A DNA stretch of 24,000 nucleotides from positions 21,418 to 45,417 of the forward strand of contig VGTK01000010.1 in assembly GCA_016874715.1 (NCBI GenBank). The letters run 5' to 3'. A program made the position numbers and the translations under genes. This DNA comes from Deltaproteobacteria bacterium. Its GTDB lineage: Bacteria; Desulfobacterota; Binatia; UBA12015. Under the pieces are notes generated by a model. The model worked only from the letters and a program-made list of their open reading frames with translations, was not told the DNA's origin and ran no database searches. Within the stretch, counting starts at the first letter, position 1. Each line of letters starts with the position of its first letter. Of the stretch, positions 17,514 through 24,000 are shown piece after piece.

Positions 17514-18073
17514 AATCGAGCCTTTATCTGGCACTCGTGCACCACCCCGTGCTCGACCGGCAGGGCGCGACCGTCACCACGTCGATCACCAACATGGACG
17601 TGCACGACATCGCGCGCACCGGCCGGACCTTCGGCGTTCGCCGCTTCTACGTGGTCCACCCCGTGCCGGGCCTCCGATCGCTCGCCGAGCGCATCGTCGA
17701 GCACTGGCGAAGTGGGTACGGAAGTCGTTACAACCCCTCCCGCCACGAGGCGCTGGGGCGTGTGGAGGTCGAGCCCGACCTCGACCACGTCATCGCCGCG
17801 GTGGAGCAGGACAGCGGCTGCATGCCGCGCCTGGTCGCCACCACGGCCCGCGAGCGTTCCGGGGCAATGCGCTACGACGAACTGGCCAGGCACCTCGCGG
17901 ACGGCGAGGACGCCTGGCTGCTGCTTTTTGGAACGGGATACGGTATGTGCGACGAGGTCTTCGATCGCTGCGAGGCGCACCTCGAGCCGGTTCACGGCGT
18001 CGACGGCTACAATCACCTCTCCGTGCGATCGGCGGCTGCCGTGATCCTCGACCGCCTGACACGTCCGCGCTGA
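17510..18073 (+). CDS. SPOUT-like RNA methyltransferase family protein (TM1570/COG4752-like)
   Basis: [83 protein letters not shown]...[52 protein letters not shown] overlap with trmD stop. Confidence 0.75.
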   Translation: MKSSLYLALVHHPVLDRQGATVTTSITNMDVHDIARTGRTFGVRRFYVVHPVPGLRSLAERIVEHWRSGYGSRYNPSRHEALGRVEVEPDLDHVIAAVEQDSGCMPRLVATTARERSGAMRYDELARHLADGEDAWLLLFGTGYGMCDEVFDRCEAHLEPVHGVDGYNHLSVRSAAAVILDRLTRPR

Positions 18074-18111
18074 GTCGCCTGGATCCAGATCTGCCTAGAA
18101 GGAATTTCGAG

Positions 18112-18462
18112 ATGACCGTCATCGACGCAATCGAAGCCGAACAGCTGCGCAGCGACATCCCCGCCTTCCGGCCGGGCGACACCGTCCGCGTCCACGTGAA
18201 GGTGGTCGAGGGCGAGAAGGAGCGCATCCAGGTGTTCGAGGGTGCCGTCCTGCGCCGCAGCAACGGCGGCATCCGCGAGACGTTCACCGTGCGCAAGGTA
18301 TCGTACGGCGTCGGCGTCGAGCGCACGTTCCCGGTGCACTCGCCGCGCATCGACAAGGTCGAGCTCACCACGCGCGGCAAGGTCCGGCGCGCGAAGCTGT
18401 ATTACCTGCGCGAGCTCTCCGGCAAGGCGGCGCGCATCAAGGAGGTCGGGGCGCGGCGGTGA
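18112..18462 (+). CDS. rplS: 50S ribosomal protein L19
   Basis: [96 protein letters not shown]. Confidence 0.98.
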   Translation: MTVIDAIEAEQLRSDIPAFRPGDTVRVHVKVVEGEKERIQVFEGAVLRRSNGGIRETFTVRKVSYGVGVERTFPVHSPRIDKVELTTRGKVRRAKLYYLRELSGKAARIKEVGARR

Positions 18463-18884
18463 GCCCCGAGCGCGCGTCCGGTCCGGTCGCCGAGGCGGGC
18501 GATTCCGGCGAGCGCTTCAAGCACGAGATCGCGGCCGACGTCGCGATCAGTGGCCGCATCTCCTTTCCCGGAAACGCACGCATCGATGGGCGCCTCACGG
18601 GCGAGGTGCGCGCCGACGCGCTCCTGGTCGTCGGCCCCACCGCGCACCTGCGCGCCGACGTCCGGGCGCAGAGCCTCGTCCTCTTCGGCACCATCGAGGG
18701 CAGCGTGTGCCAGAGCGACAGCGTCGAGCTGAAGCCCGGCAGCAGGCTCATCGGCGGGCTCGAGGCGGAGCGCGTCGTCGTTCACGCGGGCGCACTCTTC
18801 GAGGGCCGCTGCTCCATCGGCAAGCGGTCGCCGGCCATGGCCGCAGCGCAGTCCGCCAGGCACGCCAAGGCGCGCGAAGCCTGA
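18459..18884 (+). CDS. Bactofilin (polymer-forming cytoskeletal) family protein
   Basis: [94 protein letters not shown]; right-handed beta-helix-like repeats. GTGA overlap with rplS. Confidence 0.88.
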   Translation: MSPERASGPVAEAGDSGERFKHEIAADVAISGRISFPGNARIDGRLTGEVRADALLVVGPTAHLRADVRAQSLVLFGTIEGSVCQSDSVELKPGSRLIGGLEAERVVVHAGALFEGRCSIGKRSPAMAAAQSARHAKAREA

Positions 18885-18910
18885 GCGACGCGCGCCGGTC
18901 GCAGAGAACG

Positions 18911-19768
18911 TCAGCGCAGCCCGAGCGCGGACACCACCCCGAGCGACGCCTCGGCGAAGTTCATCGTGTACAGGTGCACGCCCGGGGCACCGGCACGGCG
19001 TAGCTGCTCGCAGAGCCTGGTCGCGACATCGACGCCGATCTCGCGGCGCGCGGCGACGTCGTTGCCCGCCTTCTCGAGCCGGGTGCGAATCTCGTCGGGG
19101 AACTCGGTCGCATTCGCCGCCGACATGCGCGCGACGCCCTCTGCGTTGGTGGGCGGCATGATCCCGGGGATCACCGGCGTGCGCACGCCGCGCTTCGCGA
19201 GCTCCTCCACGAAGCGCTCGTAGTGCTCGACGCGAAAGAAGAACTGGGTGATCGCGAAGTCGGCCGCGGCGAGCTTCGCCGCGTGGTGCGCGAGGTCGTC
19301 CTCCCGGCTGCTCGCCCGCGGGTGGCCCTCGGGATGGGCTGCCACGCCCACCGAGAACGGCCCTCGCTGGCGCACCAGCTCGGCGAGGTCGATCGCATGG
19401 TGGAAGTGGCCGGTCGGCACGTCCACCGTGCCCTCGGGCAGGTCGCCGTGCAGGACGAGGAGGTTCTCGATGCCGTCGTCCCGGTAGCGGTCGATGATCG
19501 TCGTGATCTCTTCCCGCGTGTGCGCGACGCACGTCAGGTGCGGCATCCCCGTGATGTGCAGGCCATGCTGGATGCGCGACACCACCTCGGCCGTCGGGCC
19601 GCGCGTCGATCCACCCGCACCGTAGGTCACGGACATGAAGCTCGGCCGCAGCCGGGCGAGGCGCTCGAGCGCGCGCTCCAGGCGCTCGTTTCCCGCCGGG
19701 TCGCGGGGCGCGGAGAACTCGAACGAGAGGGTCGGTCCGGCTGCTATGAGGTCGGCGATCTTCGCCAT
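18911..19768 (-). CDS. metF: Methylenetetrahydrofolate reductase
   Basis: LSFEFSAPRDPAGNERLERALERLARLRPSFMSVTYGAGGSTRGPTAEVV...THLTCVAHTREEI (seen as MPHLTCVAHTREEI)...NLLVLHGDLP...DFAITQFFFRVEHYERFV...VIPGIMPPTNAEGVARMS...GVHLYTMNFAEASLGVV. Confidence 0.93.
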   Translation of the reverse strand: MAKIADLIAAGPTLSFEFSAPRDPAGNERLERALERLARLRPSFMSVTYGAGGSTRGPTAEVVSRIQHGLHITGMPHLTCVAHTREEITTIIDRYRDDGIENLLVLHGDLPEGTVDVPTGHFHHAIDLAELVRQRGPFSVGVAAHPEGHPRASSREDDLAHHAAKLAAADFAITQFFFRVEHYERFVEELAKRGVRTPVIPGIMPPTNAEGVARMSAANATEFPDEIRTRLEKAGNDVAARREIGVDVATRLCEQLRRAGAPGVHLYTMNFAEASLGVVSALGLR

Positions 19769-19808
19769 CGGGTGATCCTGTAGGACGGGCGCGACGCGGT
19801 AAAGGGCC

Positions 19809-20867
19809 TCAACGCGGCGCGGGTGGCACGGGAAGGACCTGCGCGGGTGGCACGGGAAGGACCTGCGCGGGCGGCAAGGGAAAGACATGACATGCGACCG
19901 CGTGCGCCGCATCGCCCTCGAGGGCGGGACGATCGACCCTGCAGCGAGCCTCCGCAAAGGCGCAGCGGGGGTGGAACGGGCACCCCGGCGGCGGTGCGAT
20001 CGGGCTCGGCACGTCTCCGGCGAGGGCCATGCGCTGTGCGCGGTTTGCGGGGTCCGGCTCGGGGACGGCCGACAGGAGCGCCCGCGTGTAGGGATGGTGC
20101 GGCTCCTCGAGCAGGCGCGCGGTCGTCCCGACCTCGACCACGCGGCCGAGGTACATGACCGCGATGCGATGGCTCAGGTGCGCGACCACGCGCAGGTCGT
20201 GCGCGACGAAGAAGTAGGCGAGCGCGTGCTTCTGCTGCAGATCGGCGAGCAGGTTGATGACCTGAGCCTGCACCGACACGTCGAGCGCGGAAACCGGCTC
20301 GTCGCAGACGACGAAGCGCGGCCCGACCGCCAGCGCACGCGCGATGCCGATCCGCTGGCGCTGCCCGCCGCTGAACTCGTGCGGGTAGCGCCCGGCGTGC
20401 TCCGGCCGCAGCCCGACCTCCAGCAGCAGCCGCTCGACCTCCGCCCGCTTCGCCGCGCCGCGCGCGAGGTCGTGGATCTCGAGTCCCTCGGCGACGATCG
20501 CGCCGACCTTCATGCGCGGATCGAGCGACCCGTACGGGTCCTGGAAGACGATCTGCATCTCGCGCCGCAGGCGTCGCAGCTCGCGCGCCGGCAGCGCGCC
20601 GAGATCGCGACCATCGAAGGTGACCGTGCCCGACGTCGGCTCGATCAGACGCAGCAGGAGGCGGCCGAGGGTCGACTTGCCGCAGCCCGACTCTCCCACC
20701 ACACCCAGCGTCTCGCCCTCGTGCACGACGAGGCTCACGTCCTCGACCGCGTGCACGACCTCGCGCTTTCCGCCGAGGAGACCGCCGCCCGAGCGGAAGT
20801 GCTTGACGAGGCGCCGCGCCTCGACGAGCGGGCGACCGGTCGGGCGCGCCGCGCGCTCCGTGCTCAC
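19809..20867 (-). CDS. Dipeptide/oligopeptide ABC transporter ATP-binding protein (OppF/DppF-like)
   Basis: [39 protein letters not shown]...[29 protein letters not shown]...[43 protein letters not shown]...[27 protein letters not shown]. Ends in [21 protein letters not shown]. Confidence 0.95.
   Translation of the reverse strand: MSTERAARPTGRPLVEARRLVKHFRSGGGLLGGKREVVHAVEDVSLVVHEGETLGVVGESGCGKSTLGRLLLRLIEPTSGTVTFDGRDLGALPARELRRLRREMQIVFQDPYGSLDPRMKVGAIVAEGLEIHDLARGAAKRAEVERLLLEVGLRPEHAGRYPHEFSGGQRQRIGIARALAVGPRFVVCDEPVSALDVSVQAQVINLLADLQQKHALAYFFVAHDLRVVAHLSHRIAVMYLGRVVEVGTTARLLEEPHHPYTRALLSAVPEPDPANRAQRMALAGDVPSPIAPPPGCPFHPRCAFAEARCRVDRPALEGDAAHAVACHVFPLPPAQVLPVPPAQVLPVPPAPR
19817..19888. 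repeat. 24-bp tandem repeat, 3 copies (third diverged), at the 3' end of the oppF/dppF-like gene
   Basis: GCGCGGGTGGCACGGGAAGGACCT at 19817-19840 and 19841-19864, then GCGCGGGCGGCAAGGGAAAGACAT at 19865-19888. Encodes an 8-aa (PPAQVLPV) repeat on the minus strand. Confidence 0.95.
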
Positions 20868-21874
20868 GGTTGGCCGCCTCCGTGCAGCGGGAAGTGGCAC
20901 GCGACCAAGCGCTGCGCGGTGACGGCGTGCAGCGCCGGGTCTTCCTGCGCACAGCGGTCCGCCGCGCGCGCGCAGCGGTCGCGGAACCGGCACCCCGACG
21001 GGAGCGCCAGCAGGTCGGGCACCCGGCCTGGAATGGCCGTGAGACGCCGGGCACGGTGCTCCAGCCGCGGCAGCGACGCGAGCAGAGCCTGCGCATAGGG
21101 GTGCGCGGGTGCCGAGAACAACGCGCCGGCGGGCGCCTGCTCGACGATCCGCCCTGCGTACATGATCGCCACCTCGTCGGCCTCCGCCGCGACCACGCCG
21201 AGGTCGTGCGTGATCAGCAGCAGGCTCATGCCGAGCCGGTCCTTGAGGTCTCGCAGCAGGTCGAGGATCTGCGCCTGGATGGTGACGTCGAGCGCGGTGG
21301 TCGGCTCGTCCGCGATCAGCAACGCCGGCTCGCAGGAGATCGCCATCGCGATCATCACCCGCTGCTTCATCCCGCCCGACATCTGGTGCGGGTACGATCG
21401 CGCGCGGCGCTCGGCGTCGGGGATCTCGACCAGGCGCAGCAGGTCGACGGCCCCGGCCCACGCGTCGCTCCGCGACAGCCCACGGTGCAGGCGCAACGCC
21501 TCGGCCACCTGCGCGCCGACGGTGAACACGGGATTCAGGGACGTCGACGGCTCCTGGAAGATCATCGCGATGCGCGCTCCGCGGAGCCGTCGCATGTCGG
21601 CCTCGGGCAGCGCGAGCAGATCGCGGCCCTCGAAGCGGATCGTACCGGAGCGGAGACGCGCGCTCCCGTCGAGCAGGCGCAGGATCGCGAGCGAAGTGAC
21701 GCTCTTGCCGCAGCCGGACTCGCCGACCAGCCCGAGCGTCGCGCCGGGAGCGATCGTGAAGCTCACGCCGTCGATCGCGCGTACCGTGCCGCGCGGGGTC
21801 TCGAACTCGACCACGAGGTCGCGCACCTCGAGCAGCGGCCCCACACCGGGCACCGGATGCTCCGCCCTCCTCAC
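20864..21874 (-). CDS. Dipeptide/oligopeptide ABC transporter ATP-binding protein (OppD/DppD-like)
   Basis: [61 protein letters not shown]...[30 protein letters not shown]...[50 protein letters not shown]. Confidence 0.96.
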   Translation of the reverse strand: MRRAEHPVPGVGPLLEVRDLVVEFETPRGTVRAIDGVSFTIAPGATLGLVGESGCGKSVTSLAILRLLDGSARLRSGTIRFEGRDLLALPEADMRRLRGARIAMIFQEPSTSLNPVFTVGAQVAEALRLHRGLSRSDAWAGAVDLLRLVEIPDAERRARSYPHQMSGGMKQRVMIAMAISCEPALLIADEPTTALDVTIQAQILDLLRDLKDRLGMSLLLITHDLGVVAAEADEVAIMYAGRIVEQAPAGALFSAPAHPYAQALLASLPRLEHRARRLTAIPGRVPDLLALPSGCRFRDRCARAADRCAQEDPALHAVTAQRLVACHFPLHGGGQP

Positions 21875-22929
21875 GGGCGCGCCTCCGCGCGCGGGTCGAG
21901 GCGATCGCGCAGCTGGTCACCGAGGAAGTTGAAGGCCATCGTGGTGATCGCGATGCACACCCCCGGCGCGAGGATCCACGGGTACTTGTCGAGGTTCGTC
22001 AGGTTGTTCGCGTCCTTCAGCAGCGAGCCCCAGCTCGTGCTCGGCTCCTGGATGCCGAGGCCGAGCAGCGACAGCGCGCTCTCGCCGAGGATGAACCCCG
22101 GGATCGCGAGCGTCGCCGCGACGGTCGTGTAGCCGAGCGTCGCGGGAACGACGTGACGGACGATGGTGCGCGCGCGACCGGCGCCGAGCGCGCGCGCCCC
22201 CTGCACGTACTCGAGCTCGCGGATCGACGTCACCATGCCGCGAATCACGCGCGCGAAGCCGGCCCAGCGGATGAAGCTCATCAGCACGACGATGAGCACG
22301 AAGGTCTGTGCCGACGACAGCCCAGGCGGGATCACCGCTGCGAGTGCCAGCAGGAAGTAGAACGACGGCAGCGCCATCATCACCTCGCAGAGGCGCATCA
22401 GCAAGTCGTCGGTGCGGCCGCCGACGTAGCCGGCGACGACGCCGACCAGCGTACCGATGCCGAGACTGATCACCACGCCGACGATGCCGACAGAAAGACT
22501 GATGCGTGCGCCGTACACGAGCCGCGAGAACAGGTCGCGTCCGAGCGCGTCGCTGCCGATGAGAAAGAAGTGCTGTGCCGGGTCGGCCGTCGTCAGCAGG
22601 TGGCCGCGCGTGAAGAAGCCGAGCGCGATGCGGCGGTCGCGATCGGTCTCGTAGCGGCGGCGCAGGCTGTCGACCATGCGCTGCGGGTGCACGTAGAGCA
22701 GCCCCTCCGACGCCCACGCCGACGGCGGCGCGACGTGGAGCCGCATCGGCGGCGCGTTCGGCGAGCGACGGAACTGCCGTCCGGGCTCGTACGGGGCGAT
22801 CCACGGGGCGAGTGCCGCGACCCCGTACAGAAAGAGCAGGACGGCGCCGCTCAGCCCGGCGCGCCACCGCCAGCGGCGCGATGGTGCGCCGCTGGAGTCA
22901 CCCGCGAGCCCTCCGCCCGGCTCGATCAC
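21871..22929 (-). CDS. Oligopeptide ABC transporter permease (OppC/DppC-like)
   Basis: [82 protein letters not shown]...[71 protein letters not shown] start. Confidence 0.94.
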   Translation of the reverse strand: MIEPGGGLAGDSSGAPSRRWRWRAGLSGAVLLFLYGVAALAPWIAPYEPGRQFRRSPNAPPMRLHVAPPSAWASEGLLYVHPQRMVDSLRRRYETDRDRRIALGFFTRGHLLTTADPAQHFFLIGSDALGRDLFSRLVYGARISLSVGIVGVVISLGIGTLVGVVAGYVGGRTDDLLMRLCEVMMALPSFYFLLALAAVIPPGLSSAQTFVLIVVLMSFIRWAGFARVIRGMVTSIRELEYVQGARALGAGRARTIVRHVVPATLGYTTVAATLAIPGFILGESALSLLGLGIQEPSTSWGSLLKDANNLTNLDKYPWILAPGVCIAITTMAFNFLGDQLRDRLDPRAEARP

Positions 22930-23906
22930 TGTGTCCTCGACGCGCCCAGCTCGATCCGCGGGTCCGAGAAGGCGAGCGCCACGTCGGCCAGCAGGTTGCC
23001 GAGAAGCAGCAGCAGCGAGCCGATGAGCACCGAGCCCATGACGAGGTAGATGTCGAGCGCCAGCACCGCCTCGAGCATGAGCGAGCCGAGCCCCTGCAGG
23101 TTCATCACGCTCTCGACGAGAGCAGCGCCGCCGAGCAGCGTGCCGAGCTCGTAGCCGGCGAGGGTGATGAACGGGTTCAGCGCGTTGCGCAGCACGTGCT
23201 TGAAGAGCACCGTGCGCTCCGCGAGCCCCTTCGCGCGGGCGGTGCGCACGAAGTCGGCACGCTGCAGGTCGAGGATCGCGCCGCGCATCAGGCGCATCAG
23301 GCTCGCCATGCCGCTGGTGGCGAGCACGATCGTCGGCAGGATCAGGTGGTGCAGGCGGTCGAGGAGCTTCGCCGACGGGGACAGGTCCTCGTAGTCGAAC
23401 GACACCGAGCCACCGACGGGAAACCAGCCGGTCAGCAGCGCGAAGCGCAGCAGCAGGAACGCGAGGAAGAAGTTCGGCAGCGACATGCCGAGGAACCCGA
23501 GCAGCGACAACACCCTGTCCGAGAGGTGGCCACGGCGCACGGCGACCGCGACGCCGAGCGGGATCGCGAGCAGCCAGGTCACGACCAGCGCGGAGATCGA
23601 CAGGATCAGCGTGTTGACCACGCGCTGACCGATCAGCGTGAGGACGCTCACGCGGTGTGCCACCGAGAGCCCGAGATCGCCCTGCACGGCCTGCGCGAGC
23701 CACGCGAGATAGCGCGCCGGCAGCGGCTCGCCGTAGCCGAAGCTCTGCTTCATCTGCTCGATCGCCTCGGGCGAGATCGAGGGGTTGAGCGCTAGGCTCG
23801 AGAAGAAGTCGCCGGGCGCGAGATCCACGATCAGGAACGACAAGAAGGTGATCCCGACCAGCAAGGGCACCATCTGCAGCAGCCTGCGCAGGAAGAAGAG
23901 CCCCAT
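22926..23906 (-). CDS. Oligopeptide ABC transporter permease (OppB/DppB-like)
   Basis: MGLFFLRRLLQMVPLLVGITFLSFLIVDLAPGDF...LARYLAWLAQAVQGDLGLS (read as PARYLAWLAQAVQGDLGLS)...DFVRTARAKGLAERTVLFKHVLRNALNPFITLAGYELGTLLGGAALVESVMNLQGLGSLMLEAV. Confidence 0.95.
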   Translation of the reverse strand: MGLFFLRRLLQMVPLLVGITFLSFLIVDLAPGDFFSSLALNPSISPEAIEQMKQSFGYGEPLPARYLAWLAQAVQGDLGLSVAHRVSVLTLIGQRVVNTLILSISALVVTWLLAIPLGVAVAVRRGHLSDRVLSLLGFLGMSLPNFFLAFLLLRFALLTGWFPVGGSVSFDYEDLSPSAKLLDRLHHLILPTIVLATSGMASLMRLMRGAILDLQRADFVRTARAKGLAERTVLFKHVLRNALNPFITLAGYELGTLLGGAALVESVMNLQGLGSLMLEAVLALDIYLVMGSVLIGSLLLLLGNLLADVALAFSDPRIELGASRTQ

Positions 23907-24000
23907 CCGGCACTGTCGATAGGCCAGCCAGAGCGCTTCCTCAAGACGCAGGACCGTGCCGGGCCGTCCTTGAGACGCCCCGGGGGGGTCGCTACACCCT

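Noticed and set aside
19769-19957. Upstream extension of metF ([40 protein letters not shown]...)
   Set aside because: It is the out-of-frame reading of the 24-bp repeat in the oppF-like gene; MTHFR homology starts at MAKIADLIAAGPTLSFEF (19768).
23936-23982. CTCAAG...CTTGAG inverted repeat near the right end, possible operator or terminator upstream of oppB
   Set aside because: Only a 6-bp match at long spacing in GC-rich sequence; not distinguishable from chance and context is cut by the window edge.

Overview
The window is high-GC bacterial chromosome, coding-dense, and looks like a deltaproteobacteria/Binatota-like lineage (taxonomy is inferred from gene order only). Left to right it contains: (1) a minus-strand arn-like cluster: ArnB-like aminotransferase, ArnC-like glycosyltransferase, stand-alone ArnA-type formyltransferase, and a NAD-dependent epimerase/dehydratase cut by the left edge; (2) a divergent phasin-like coiled-coil gene; (3) a minus-strand run of FmdB zinc ribbon, YggT, ProC, a Maf-YggS fusion, Mpl, a beta-lactamase-family serine hydrolase and LD-carboxypeptidase; (4) two tandem DUF507-like genes, then groES-groEL with a strong terminator; (5) ffh-rpsP-khpA-rimM-trmD-SPOUT MTase-rplS-bactofilin; (6) metF and a Dpp/Opp-type ABC transporter (B, C, D, F) on the minus strand. 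Most of it is housekeeping, and I do not see a clear undescribed defence or mobile system. The best oddities are a 33-bp in-frame minisatellite inside the ArnA-type formyltransferase C-terminus, a Maf-YggS ORF fusion with no intervening stop, a rimM with no canonical start upstream of its conserved N-terminus, tandem DUF507 paralogs before groESL, an attenuator-like hairpin arrangement before rpsP, and a second in-frame repeat at the OppF/DppF C-terminus.
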